Assembly: GCA_043228905.1 (NCBI GenBank)
Contig: JBHGNT010000003.1
Location: 6,448,001-6,512,000, forward strand
Reading direction: 5' to 3'
DNA length: 64,000 nucleotides
From: Azolla caroliniana
Taxonomy: Eukaryota > Plantae > Polypodiophyta
The notes beneath the pieces are model-generated. The model had not been told where the DNA came from. It did not search any database and was given only the letters and a program-made list of their open reading frames with translations. This document shows positions 1 through 13,731 of this stretch, piece by piece (the first letter of the stretch is position 1; every line of letters starts with the position of its first letter). The position numbers were made by a program, and so were the translations under genes.

Positions 1-2436
1 GTCACATGTTTTATATGTAACAAGTACTCATTTCACCATTTCTTTCGTCACTTCATATAGGACCCTCATATCTTGACCAAATGTGCCATTTCCTTCATGA
101 GTATCATAGGTCAAGCATAAACTATCTTGGGAATTGTGATACATATAAGTTATAAGTTATAACATACGCCCATTTGCACAAAAGGTTTTAATGGGCCACA
201 CTTGTACAAAGATATACCTAGATGACTTATTTGTAAAGGTAATATTGAAGTTTACCACTTACTGCTTTGACAGTTGTTAGTTGTCCTAATGCCAAGTAAA
301 AAACATTCAATAGATCATTCCATTATTGGTTTATTATGTTCGTAACTTGCATTTGGAATAACCTTGTTGACATACAATGGATAAAGTTATTGAAACGACT
401 ATAGTTACTATCTCAAAAGTACAACCACAACTTGTAGTTAGCATTGTAAATAGGACACACTTGGGAGAAAAGGTGATTGGATAAACTAGTATGAACCCTT
501 CAACCTTAACCATATAAGGAGACAATCTAGGGGTTGATGAGATAACTCTTGCATTGTTGTATCATAGATTTGTTGCCATTCTCAATGTTTGTTCTCTCTC
601 TCTCTCTCTCTCCCCTTAATATGGGTGAACAATCCAAGACAACAAAGAGGACAAGGAGGGGTGACATGTTTGATTAAGGGGGAACTAGAGAAAGATGTGT
701 TGATCATAAAAAATAATGAACATATTTATGGCTTAAAATAGAGACATTGTTGTCTCTGTTGACTGACACAAACGGTCGAACAACTTAATCACTAAGTTGT
801 CCTATCAAAATATTGTGGTTGGAGATGGAATGCTTGTTGACTATGATAATCACTTAATCATTACACATATATTAATTACTCAAACTTCATTAATGCAAGT
901 ATGAATTATGAACTTGATCGACTGATAACGATAGATATATAATCTGCGTAAAAGAGAAACAAAACATCCGACACAACATATACTCTAACGACCAAAATTA
1001 TTACTAATCAAATCATACTGATAATGATACAACCCTCTCGACCCATTTTTATAGGCTACCAAAGAGACTTTTCCAAGATAGTACACTTCCAAGATAGTAC
1101 ACTTGCCTATTCGGTAAGAACCTATGGTTACCTTAACTATTCTATTTCCTTGGCCAAAAATACAATTCGACTACTATCCTTCCACACTCGTCCGACTCTG
1201 ACTCCGACTCCGACTCCCCTTGTCGACCTTTACAGTTCAGGTAGCCAACCAGCCAATGAGGCTTGTAGGTTAGTTACATAACCTTCTAACAACCTACACC
1301 CACTTTACCGTATTTGCGCACACACAAACAAATGTGCATGTGTTTACACATATCAATATACTCACACTTACTCATGTGCACATTTGCACATACCCTTACA
1401 ACATGACTTTTAACACAAAGACTTTACACTTATCTATCCACGTACCACCACTTCTCCACTCATACACTTACAATCCCATGGATAACAGACCCGAGACATC
1501 AAATGATATGATCACTTTTGGTTAGATGTTACATTCCTCACCAAGATTCTAATTCTTAATATGCACGTTTGGATAATAGCAGCTCTTTGACGATCTAGAA
1601 GATAATATGCTTATTTCAAAGCCAACGGGGAAGTTAATATCTTTGGTGACATGAATGCTTGTATAAGAAGTTTGTCACTTTATGCACAACAATATTTCAT
1701 ACCACATATCTCAAGGATGCGAGAGGATATATACAAATGTATAATCGCTCTTCTATTTATGAAAAAGATCTGGGGCAATTTGGGAAGTTATTCCGACAAA
1801 TATGCAACAGTACTAGAATGTCTATTGCAAAGTGTCTTATGGCCCAACTCTAATGGTTATACATGTAGGAAATCCAACGAAAATAATGCGATTGACTATG
1901 AGATACTTTTGGATTGCATACACAAATTCTCACATGGTGAATGGACACAAGAACCTGGTCATAGGACGTTATGTATTGACCTCAAATGTATGAAAAGGTT
2001 GGAGTGTGACAAGGTCATTGAAGATTATAAACAACTCTATTTTAGCATAAATATTAAACAATGACAAAGATATAACATGGTGCTCATTAGAATGCAAATG
2101 GAAAGTTTTCAAGGAAATTATTTTCTCATGCAACAACAAATGTTTTTTGACCAAGCACATAGCTTGCAAAGGCATCTAGAAATGTAAGTTAAAAAAATGG
2201 TTTGATAACAAATGTCTTGAAGCTCAAAAGTGTCGTCGAAGTTCGGATATAATTAAGGACAAGGAAAATTATCAAAAGTGGTTGCATGAATACAAAAGAA
2301 TTAATCAAGGGAAGAGAAGAATATAAATGTTGCTTGACAATTTCTTCAAACATGAGAAAACACATGCATGTGTTAAATTTTGGGGAAATCTAAAGGGAAA
2401 ACGTGTTGAGAATTATGATGACTTAACTCTTGTAGA

Positions 2437-2708
2437 CATAGTATGAAGCATACGCACCATTCGTGCATTCTCATTCGAGAACATTCTTATCATTCGTGTT
2501 AAGAAAAACACCCTCGAAGTATGGTAAATACCATACTTTTGCGCTCATTATTTATTATAAGGTAATTCTTTTAGGGTAAGAAAATTAAGTAAGTTGAGGT
2601 AAAAAGTGTAAAAAAAAAACACAATATTGTTTTAATAACATACACATTCGTTTGCAGACGTATGAAAACGAATGTTTGGGCTAACGAACACAAATATTAC
2701 GTACTATG
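2437..2708. mobile_element. hAT-type MITE (272 bp) inserted in the LINE
   Basis: Termini CATAGTA...TACTATG; 8-bp direct repeat CTTGTAGA at 2429-2436 and 2709-2716. Confidence 0.85.
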
Positions 2709-3155
2709 CTTGTAGACTTATCTACACATTGTAATAAATTATTTGAGTTATCAAAATCCAGAAACATAATGTATTTTGGTTCTCTTTCCAATAGGTTTCC
2801 CGTCTACAACTGAAGATGTATGCATATGTCTTAAGAAATTGGTCTCTCGAAAGGCACATTATCTTCTATGTATAAAGGAAATGCTCAAACAAAGGGTAAA
2901 GGAAGCAAAAGTGTGGATAAGTAATATGTTTAATCATGCATTACAACATAACATGCCCATGGATTCGACTACGAATTGGATTAAACCGCTATACAAATGT
3001 GGAAAATAAATAATATAAAAAATTATTGAATCATAATGGTTGGCTTAGTAATGAGAAAACTATGTTGATGTGTAATGGTATCAAAGGCAAGTGCATGGGC
3101 TAAAAAATATAACAAGAGAGCTTATGAGCAAGTTGGCTTTTGGAACACCATGACA

Positions 3156-3353
3156 CCATTGATTACTTTGTCACCCTTTGAGTATAAATGGAAGAAAGTC
3201 ACTTCAGAGATAAGGGTCAATTTGTTTTGTAGACTTCGAAAACAATTTTTATATACCATTGATTACTTTGTCACCCTTTGAGTATAAATGAAAGAAAGTC
3301 ACTTCAGAGATAAGGGTCAATTTGTTTTGTAGACTTTGAAAACGTTTTTTATA
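3156..3353. repeat. Tandem duplication, 100-bp period
   Basis: CCATTGATTACTTTGTCACCC... starts at 3156 and again at 3256, with a few substitutions. Confidence 0.9.
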
Positions 3354-4914
3354 TGGTACCTCGTGATTATATTTGAAGGTGCATGGACGAACTCGGGGTG
3401 CCAAGTGATTATGTATATTCTTGTAATTGTTTGAATCTATGAGATGGTTATATCATGTTGTGTGCATATGGGAGATAAAATTTCGGTTTTTTTCTATGGC
3501 ATTTTTGGTGTTAAGCAATGATGTTTACTCTCACCTATTCTATTTGGTTTCTACATTGATGGATTAGAACAAATGATTGCCAATTTTGTAAATAAGGAAG
3601 ACATTAAAGTTATCATTAAAAATGTTGTCATCATGCTTTTGATGTATGAAGATGATATGATACTTTTTGCAAATACTTTAGGAGATGCACAAAAGCTTAT
3701 GTGGGCATTGGTAGCATTTTGTATGCATATAAAGTTGTGTTTCAATAGCTCAAAAAGAGAGATTGTTCTTGTGAAAAGGCAAAATAAGGATAAATCATGC
3801 ATTACGTACAATAATGACCCACTTGAAACTATTTATAGGTTTAAATACCTTTGCCTTGAAGTTTCCTCAAATTATAATTGGAACAAATGTGCTACCCTTT
3901 GCTTAGAGACGGGAAAGACAACATATTATGCATTTGAGAGCACATGCAATCATTGAGAAAGTAAGTGTTGGGTTCTCAAGAAATACATTTTCGACACTTT
4001 GTTGATTTTGTTGCTTCTCTATGGGTTGAACTATAGGGCAATAACATCCTTATATTCAGTTGGAAGAGTTTGCAAATGTTTAAAAGGATTTTCTATATAA
4101 AGTTTTTCCAAGTCAAGAAACAAATGGCATACATCCTTATGACCATTTAGCTTATGACCATGGAAAGTGTTGTCAAATACATGCTTAAGGTTCAAAAAAA
4201 ACCCTCACATTGCCTTCTACGACTTGCATGAGATCAGGAAAAAAGATCCAAATGATTACATAAAAGAAACATTTTGTATTCCAATTATATATAAGATATG
4301 GGGAAACGGTTTGGAAGATGGGGACACAATACACTTGCTTCACAATGCATCAATAGATTCCTTTCTAAAGGAGTCATTTTTCAAAGACAATGTATCATGA
4401 TATGAGAAAAAATGTGGAGGCTCATTCTTTACATATTAGACTACATATGTTGCACGAGCATCCCCGAGTCGCCAAATGTCATCCTCAACCAAGAAGGAAG
4501 CACATTGTATACGAAGCTCAAGTATGACAAGGAACAAACAACCCCATTCACCAAATCTTGGAGAATAGGAAAAGTTACCACAAAAGCTCAAACACTCGTA
4601 TTATGATTTTGAATGTCGTAGGAAGATTTTCCTTCCTAAAACGCAAATCATAGTACAACGGTTGGAGACCCTGTATTTTCCTTGATGATGACCTCATGAA
4701 GATGCAAATTTGACCATAGAAAACTATGTATGCCATAGATCCTACCTCTTGGCTTGACATAATCCATTTTCACAAATCTTGTCCCATTCACTTGGCTGCA
4801 TGACCAATTGTCCCTACCAGCTTTAATATCTTATTCATTGAGCTGCTTGACCAAAAATTGCTATTAATAGTAAAACTGTACCACCTAATTAAGCATATCT
4901 GCATTTATTTTACC

Positions 4915-5179
4915 ATGTAAAATTATGGACTTCCAATCATTTCACACGTGCCGGTTGGCCAATGAATAAAATGTTTAGAAATGGCATATTTCCAAGGCAA
5001 AATGGGAGGATCCCCACAATAGCAAAAACAGTGTACATATTCAGCTTCCAAATGTAAAATTATGAACTTCCAATCATTTCACACTTGCCAGTTGGCTAAT
5101 AGAAATGGCATGTTTCCAAGGCAAAATGGGAGGATCCCCACAATAGCAAAAAAAGTGTACATACTCAGTTTCCAAATGT
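4915..5179. repeat. Tandem duplication, ~137-bp period, second copy with a small deletion
   Basis: ATGTAAAATTATG(G/A)ACTTCCAATCATTTCACAC...GGGAGGATCCCCACAATAGC occurs twice. Confidence 0.85.
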
Positions 5180-5811
5180 CATTAGATAATGTAAAAGTGT
5201 TTTAAGATCCTAACGATCAAAAACAGCAAATCTTAATGTACTCACCACATTATACATTGCCACATTCCACGAGCAATTCCATTGGTTTACCCCTGCTCAA
5301 TCTCATCTCCCACTCAAATTCATAAACTTTGATCACTGTTCACATGTCTCTTATGCATAAAGACATTGATGCTTGAGATGATCATCCTAGCAACACACTT
5401 TATAGTTGTGCACATAGTGTAAAAGTGCATTTCATAAGAATTGTATCCACTTCAATTGTTTTGCAGTAATATACATTAGCTACACCCATGCATCTTGCAC
5501 ATATAAAAATAGTATAGTATATTGCCACCTTCGGAATATGTTTCCACTTTATGTGGCTTTAAAATAACTTGTAACCTATATCTAGGTGTAACATTCCTCG
5601 ATTATGGGTACAAAGGAGTGGTTATAGCTTAAATGCAACCACTGAAAATGTATAGCTCTGAATCTTGAGTTCAATATTTTTGAAATTCAGGCAGGGAAAA
5701 CAAAGTGTGCTTTCTCTGTAAGGTTTGATAGAGATTTTTCGGCATTATTTAGCATGCATTATGCATTCACCATCTTCACTAAATCGCCATAGACCCATAA
5801 GTAAAGAGTTA

Positions 5812-7486
5812 TCATGCCGAATCTTGGTTCGCATTCAATTGAGCTGCAATCATCCTCTCCTTTAGATGGGTTACATCTCCCCATTGGCATAAACTCCACA
5901 CCTTTTTATTCGTTATCCTGAAAACGTTAATCGATGTATTCAATACTTTCCTCGGAGAAGAAGATCCAGTGGCATGCTGGTAGATTGCCCTTAAAACACC
6001 TCCATGAGTAACAACTACCACACGTTCTCCTGTATAGAAAATAAAATGCCAAACGAGAAACAAAAAACTTACTCAAAACATTAGGGAATATTAATATATG
6101 CTTCATCAGGAAAAAGTGAATCTTTTTTCCTTAAAATAGAACCATCCAACTTTTAACAAATGGGAAAAAAGACACGACTGATGTTTGGAACAAACCATAA
6201 TGCTTCTCCGCAATGGTCTCTAAGGCTATCGTTGAGCGCTCTAGCAAATCATTGAGACTCTCCCCGCCACCCTGCCAATTTTTATGCGTCCAAATGAGCT
6301 TTCTAAAAACCATGTTAAAAAGGTAACAGAAAAATAATTCACTGAGACTAACCAGACCCTCGGGCCAGGAGCCATGAGAAAAAACTTATAAAGAACTAAA
6401 TGCATATATGAACACAATAGAGTAGTTCTTATATAAGAGTGATGGTTTATAGATTCATACAGGGATTTGAGTATCCATAAGTCCAGAGGTGAACGCTTTG
6501 TATGCCTCTGGTTGAATGAGAGGAGCTTCTTCTCGAAAAAGACCTTGAAGATTGCCGAGGTGCCGCTCACGCAACCCCTCCATCGTGAAAATCTAGAGCA
6601 AGAGAAAGATTCTCAAAATTCCAAAAGATTCTTTTTTTGTCCATTCAAGCCCATCAAATGATTTTCTCGAACAGTCGTTTTTATCATTTAGTCCTAGAAT
6701 TATCATTTAGTTCTAGAACTGTGTGCACTTTCTTTTCTACATGTGAAGAAAAATAACGATAAGATGGTCGAAACTCTTCCATTTTAAAATAGATAAAGAT
6801 TTCTTGGTTGGAATCAATCAATACAACCCCTCCTCTGTGAATTTTCTGTAACATAATAAGCAAAACTTGGCAGTAAAAAAGCAAAAACAAAAAGGAAACC
6901 TCTGAAATGTTGCATTTGCCAGCAATGATGCTTGCCGTGTCCAATGCTCGCTCGAGGTCTGACGAATAAAGAACTGGTGCGAGAGGAAATTGCTTCTGGG
7001 ACAAATGTTCAGCCACCTAAAGAAGAAACTTCTTCGTCTTTGATAGAGATTTCACAATCCAATAGAAACCCAGTGGCAATAAAAGATAGAAGAAGAAGAA
7101 GAAGAAATATATATATATATATATATCAACGATACAAGCGAAAACTCATACCGCATGCGCCTGAAGCTTTCCAGTTTCATTCAAACTTGCGGGACCTTGG
7201 CCCTACACAAACCCCAGACAAGCAAAGTTCAGATGCACTTCCTTCTTTCTTTTTCTCTTCCATCCTCCCTCTTTTCTTCTTTTCAGCTTCCTTTCTTCAC
7301 TCTTTTCTTCTATCTTCTTCTTTCCATTTTTTTCTTTTTTTTTACCCTTCCTTCCTTCTTTCATCAATCATCTTTTCTTTTGAAGGCTGGCTAATCAATG
7401 CCTAGGAAGTCTTCATGATCGGCAATTAGCTTCACCAATCACTTTCTTCCTCTTCTTTTTTCTTTTCAGACTCTGTTATTTATTCT

Positions 7487-7580
<94 letters not shown>

Positions 7581-7687
7581 CCAATATCTTTTTTTTCTCA
7601 CAAAACATGAACATAGAGACAATCACTCATAGACATAATGAGCACAAGCAGAGACAAACATGATGAACGTAACACACACACACATAT

Positions 7688-7742
<55 letters not shown>

Positions 7743-7840
7743 AAAAAAGAAAGGACCTGCATGATGCCTGCAGCGTTGCAAGTGGTCTCGCCATGGCGAA
7801 CAGCAATGAGCTCGCACACGTTCTTTTGCAACACTGCCAT
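5812..7840 (-). CDS. Phosphoglycerate mutase-like histidine phosphatase, 6 exons (approx. 7840-7757, 7202-7152, 7016-6900, 6592-6460, 6271-6196, 6029-5812)
   Basis: Spliced product has VRHGET, LNETGKLQA, YSSDLERALDTA, LRERHLGNLQG, GGGESL and VVVVTHGGVLR, the histidine phosphatase branch-1 motifs; GT-AG introns. Confidence 0.92.
7488..7579. repeat. (CAT)n microsatellite in intron 1
   Basis: About 30 perfect CAT units. Confidence 0.97.
7690..7740. repeat. (GA)n microsatellite
   Basis: Direct reading. Confidence 0.97.
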
Positions 7841-8279
7841 CTCTCTCCACAAAAAAACACACACAACACTACTACTACTCTGTTTCTCCAAATCGCCCAA
7901 CAAAATTAGAAGAAGAAGAAGAACTAAAAGATAAAACTCTGTTTTTTTGTTTTTGCTTCCTTCCTTCTTGGATTTCCTCTGTTTTTAGGGACCCCCAAAT
8001 AATAATAATAATAATAATAATAAAAGAACTATAAGTGGCATATACTTTGAGATGATGCCATATAGCCCTTATTTCCTTCCACTTTTGATAGCCCAACCAA
8101 CAACATCTTTTGGTTCGTTCGGGTTCACTCGCACATGGCTTACATTTTCAAGTTGCATCTATAGACCGCTTCATTGCGGACACATGACAAAAAACTGACA
8201 AGCAATCGAAGAGAGTAATTAACCACTCTAAGCAATCCATGCAACACAATCTCCGTCGATATATATATATATATATATA

Positions 8280-8650
8280 AGATTGATTGACAGATGGATA
8301 GATAGGTATTGCATCGATTGATTGACAAATAGATACTGCATCGGTTGATTGACATATGGATAGATAGAGATTGCGTCGATTGGTTGACATATGGATAGAT
8401 AGATATGACATCGATTGATTGACATATAGATACTGCATCGGTTGATTGACATATGGATAGGTAGATATTGCGTCAATTGGTTAACATATGGATAGATAGA
8501 TATGGCATTGAAGCTTGATCCTCGTTATTGTCTCTGTCCTATCCCATAAATCACAATTGTCCTCCATTGAGCAAATGAAGCAACAATCTCCATATATATA
8601 TGTATATATATAAGATTGATTGATAGATGGGTAGTTAGATAGATATTGCA
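8280..8650. repeat. Degenerate GATA/GATT-rich minisatellite upstream of the phosphatase gene
   Basis: Repeated units like GATTGATTGACATATGGATAGATAGATATTGCATC. Confidence 0.8.
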
Positions 8651-8842
8651 TTGAAGCTGTAAATTTGAGAGAACAACGAGTTCGACCCTCATTGTGGTCT
8701 TCATCCCATCGCAATCGTCGTCCATTGAACATAAAAATGATGTTTACCTTGGTGTGGCCTATCTATCCCATTAAATTGCCATTAATTGATTGTCCTCCCA
8801 TGTTCATCCATCCACCCTTTGTGTGCTTGTGTGCTTGTGTGC

Positions 8843-8892
<50 letters not shown>

Positions 8893-10563
8893 ACACACAC
8901 ACACACACATGTAGCTAAAGGAGTTCTCTCATCACTCTTGTTCTTTTCAATCCACTCTTTTCTCTCAATTTTCTCCTCTGGTGTTTGATCTTTGAGTTCT
9001 CCTCTAGTCTCCGATAATTGAGATTGTCAAAGGCTAACTATGTGGTTTAGCTTTGTTCATAGCTAAACCACATACGTGGCTATTTACGTTTGAGGTAACA
9101 TTTTTTCTCAAGGTTTGTTTGGAAGACCATTTTGATTGCATATATGCTACTCATGGATTCTCCGCCATGGGAGACAAATCTTAACTCGGTAGTTCGCTTT
9201 GCATGAGGAGCACCAACATCATTATTACTTGTGCACTTCGAAGATAACATTCACCTCAAACGTCGTTCTTTCTTTGGATTTTGGATTTTGGTATAGGGCT
9301 ACTCAGTTCAACCAAACAAGAGCAAGAGGCAACATTTGAGAGCTCGGGAAGGGAGCAAGAAAAAGGTGTAGGGATCCTATATTAGCAAGAGATAATGTAG
9401 TTGTTGAATGTAAGTGGGCCTCGCCTAAATGGTGTCCTTTCATTAGCATAATTGGATCCCTAATATTGTCCCTCGCATACACTATGTTAAAAGGGTTTTC
9501 TTGTTATAACTGAACTTGCATTGATCGCAATCTAATTTTTGTCAAGTCATTGGAAACAACCAAGAAGAGGTTGAATCCACTATCAAGTGCCCATTCCACA
9601 AGTCTTCATCAACCATGAGCGTCCATCCAATCCACAAATGTCATTCATTGCATGAAGGCAATCCACAAATGGGTTACATGAGGTGACTGCACAAAGGGAG
9701 CCCACAAAAGAATTGCATTGAGTCAATCCATGAAATGGTTACACGAAAGGGGATTGCACAAAGGCAATCCACAAAATAATTGTGTGAAGGCAATCCACGA
9801 AAGGATTACATGAAGTGGGATTACACAAAGCAGGGACATTCCTTGAAAGGGGTCCCGAGCCCACAAAAGCTTTTCAAGTGTCACATTGTGAGAATCTCTC
9901 CAACAACATCACATCTTCCCTAGTTCATATTCCTTGCAATCCTACTCAAGTATCGCACACAAGCACGTTTATGTGACAATCAGGGCAAGAATTTGACAGG
10001 TGTCATTCTCGTCAAAGGTCATTTTGCTCGTCAAAAACATACACATACTAAAAATGCCCGTTAAGTGACATATAAAGTTTAAATTTCTATTTTTCATGTG
10101 TAAGGCCCTTACAAATTATGCTTGTCAAATGACCTGCTAAAATTATATTTTCCATGTCATATATATGTCATTTATTATAGATACTATGAGTGTATATAAT
10201 AATATATTTATACTATATGTTTTTTTTCCAAAAAATTATATGTTTTTTATAACACACTTTAAATAATATCATCATCATCGTGTAATAATGATATACATAT
10301 ATTCTCAAATATTTATTCTTTACTAATAATATTAGTTGAAATTGTAAATAATAACCTTTATTAAATACTTTAAAAGCGTAAACTCTAGGTTTGATTTTAA
10401 TGTTTTAAGTTTTATGTTAAATCTAAATTTTTTAATTACCTAAACTTTTATGTTAAAACAAAATATTGTTTTCCAAAAAATAACCTTTTTTTCATATTTA
10501 TAAGTTAAAACATTAACACAATATTTATTTTATGTATTTCATTATCTTTGTGAGGTAGTTATG

Positions 10564-13500
10564 GGAATGGGCTATTTGCCCCCCCATTTTGGCTATTTGC
10601 CCCCCCCCCCCCACCCCAAAAAAAAAGAAAAAAAAAACATTTTGGCCCCCTAACAAAGAGAAAAACTTTTTGGCCCCCCTATTTTTGAACGCGGAACTAG
10701 ATGACGATGATGGGGAAGGAAGGAATTCCTCATCGTGATTCTTATAATTATTGGTCTTATTGATCACTATATGGGTTTCTGCCATGGATCCACCAAAACT
10801 ACAGGCAACAAATGAGGGAAGAGGAAGAAGAAGAACACGTTGAAGATGGAGATGGAGATGTGAGTGAGTGACCAAGTGAGCGTTTATTTATATATATATA
10901 TATGCATCCACCAGAGAGATTCTCTTCTTTCACAAAAGTGAGTTCTCAAGATCAAAGGAGAGTCTTAGAGATGTCTTAGAGAAGATGATAGATAGATCTT
11001 AAACCAGTGGTTAAGTTTTGATGTGAAGCATGTTTTTAGAAATCAGGGAAAAGAGGGCCTCTCAGCCCCATAGAACCTCAATTGGTTACATGATGTTTTG
11101 ATCGATCTTGAATATCTCATTTTGTGGCCATCTTAAGGTCTCCATTGGTTAAATGAATTTCTAGGAATCTGTAATATCTCAAACACGATGGCTTGTGTTT
11201 CGCATGAATCTCTTATTGTAAACCATATTCTAATTTTCCCCTTACAATAATGTGATGTTAATAGTATGCCAATGCAAATTCATTGTCTTCTATATCATTT
11301 AATAACATGTTCATCATTCACCATCTTTTGTCACTTATATTTCAGTTTTGTTTAGCAATATTCACTGTTTGTTAGTTGTCTCTTATGTCTGGTGGTGGAA
11401 ACAAGAAACACGCAACTGAAATAGGTCTAGCTATGTCCATGGATCAAACAAAGCATTGTAACCCGAAACTTCTCTAAAGATACAACTTATGAGTCACGTA
11501 GGCAATAAAGTGGAGAATGTTTATATCTTCTTTCCCAATAACACTTACAACAATACCTTGTTGGAACAAATCTGCTTGTCTAAGACAAAGGCAGTCGTAG
11601 ACTAGAATTTCCAACAAGCTTATTCCCCAATGAATGATAGGGCATAGTTAAGTACGAGGTCCTTTGTTAAAACCGTGTTCCTCTTCCAGCGAGAGGATGC
11701 AAAAGAGATTAAACCAGTGACTTGTCAAGTGATTTGGTTGTTGTTGTGAAGTACCAAATAGCTAAAATGAGTTATATTAATGGAAGTCAAATACAACCTT
11801 CTTGGTATTACAAAAATAAAAATAAAAATTTGATAGTTCTCACCTCAACCAAAATGTTTTTGTGATATATATCAACTATTACACTTTACAACCTCATAAA
11901 AAGGTTTATCAACTATTACATAAAAAGGAATCGTTCTCAATAACATTCTTAGTACTGCAGGGGCAAATAGCCAAAATGGGGGGGCACATGCATATTGCAA
12001 GTGCGTGCATTGTGACCAGCTTGATCACATTTGGAACATTTGCGACCGGTAGAGTACTCAAATAGTGACTTCTCCCTTTGGTTGGCCTTTTTGTTCTTCG
12101 ACCCTGCAAGGCGACCTCGCTTCCTAGTTACCACCACTGGATTGGAGAGAGATTGCAGTGGTGCCTGACTTGCTTCATCCAATCGTGTCATGAGAACAAC
12201 AACCTGGTCATCGTCAGTTTCATACAATCTTTGCTTGATTTTCCTCATCAAACGCTTTATGGGAGACAAACATGGCTCAACTATAGAGGTGTGTTGAACC
12301 ATTGAACACGCAATCAAGTTCCATTGACAGTGAATATCTTCAAGATGGAATCTTTCATTTCTTTGGATGCATCTCAAAATGTCATGACAACATGGGACAC
12401 CAAAACTTGATCGAAACAACCCCGTATATTCATCACCATAATTGTTGTCAATAACTTTCTTGTACTACTCCAATAACTTGTCTAATGCGTGTTTGGATAT
12501 CTTCTTTACTAGCGGCAACATGAACTCGAGTGCATGTCGATGTGCCTGTGTAGACTTGTCATACTCCATTTTGGTGTTCAATTCCGTCAACTGTGTCCAA
12601 TAGTAAACGGATTTTCTTGAATACAGTGAGTAGATCATTATTTACAATGCCTAAAACCCTCTTGACAACATAATGGTTGCCTTCAATGCGAGAGGTGTAG
12701 GTCATTCCAAAGTGAGGGAAGCGACCAATCCAATAACGTACAATCTTGTCTTTGTGAATCAGCCAAGTCTCGTATACATACTGCACCAACGCATCGTGAC
12801 TTGGTCGCCATTTCATTTGAAACGTGGCCCAGTTAGCCTCAAAATCTAGCTCGCTGGAAGAGTATAGAAGCTGGTTCCAGTCGTCCATATAGGCGTTTGT
12901 GTTGTCGGTGCTTGCAAACTTCGTCGTTGCATAGGCCAGAATGTTTTTGTTGACATGCCAGATGCAAAGCAAATTCTTTGTAGAAGGGAACACGATAGCA
13001 ATTGCAGTCATCAATGCAAGTTCTCGATCAGTTACAATTACTAATGGCTTTGTCACAAATTCAAATGACTGCAATGCCCAAACATACATGGCTTCTGTCT
13101 CATTGCATATGAACGCAAATCCAACATTGAACGTACTATTTGTAGCCGTAATTCCAACGATGTTGAGCAACGGCATGCCAAATCTATTCGTTTTGAAGGT
13201 GCAATCCATGACAAATACCACATTGAACCGTCTGGCAAGATCTGCTGACTTTTGATGACAAAAGAAAAGGCTACTGATTGAGCCGTTCGAGTTCACCTTG
13301 GAATTGAAGATAAAGTCGCCAGTGGAGATCTCATCGTATAACACTTGAATTGGCGAGCGCCCTTCAAGAAACTCAACTCTTGCAACCACTTTTTTGTTGT
13401 GGATTTCTTTCCTGGTGGTCCATTGATTTCTGGTTTTTTCTCTCAAGTAGGCCAAAGTTGAAGCCGCACCAACTCCAGCATTTGCCATGTCGCGAACAAT

Positions 13501-13731
13501 GGTTTTTTCTGTATCAGTTAGTCTACGAGCCATTGATATACCACCAAGATTGTCAGAAATAGGATGATTGTGTACAATAGTTGCCTTTTTAATAGACCAC
13601 TGTCCCGTTTTCTTCGAGAAGTTTGCTCTAATGAAGAATGGGTGGTTTAGCCAAAATAGCCAAAATAGGGGGGCCAAAAAGTTTTTTTTTCTTTTATTTT
13701 TTTTGGGGGGGAGGGGCAAATAGCCCATTCC
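10564..13731 (-). mobile_element. Mutator-like element (MULE)
   Basis: TIRs GGAATGGGCTATTTGCCCC... / ...GGGGCAAATAGCCCATTCC; 9-bp TSD GTAGTTATG at 10555-10563 and 13732-13740; contains transposase. Confidence 0.95.
11949..13645 (-). pseudogene. MULE/FAR1-type DDE transposase, 5'-truncated, with a frameshift near 12570 and an in-frame stop near 12468
   Basis: HNHP, MDCTFKTN (D), IVTDRELAL (D), CIWH, TSRIEGNH (E), GVPCCH, RKRGR and the zinc knuckle CSKCDQAGHNARTC, split over two frames. Confidence 0.9.

Larger units (their letters stand above)
1651..4600 (+). mobile_element. Decayed non-LTR retrotransposon (LINE) reverse transcriptase relic
   Basis: Fragmented RT motifs: GVKQ*CLLSPILFGFYID (~3508-3560), LLMYEDDMILFA (YADD-like) and FKYLCLEV in ORF 3573-3956; many stops and frameshifts. 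Ends approximate. Confidence 0.75.

Noticed and set aside
1-1600. LTR-like or regulatory sequence at the window start
   Set aside because: Slight similarity to the 58.6-kb region (AAACTAGT.TGAACCC), but no boundaries or coding motifs could be established.
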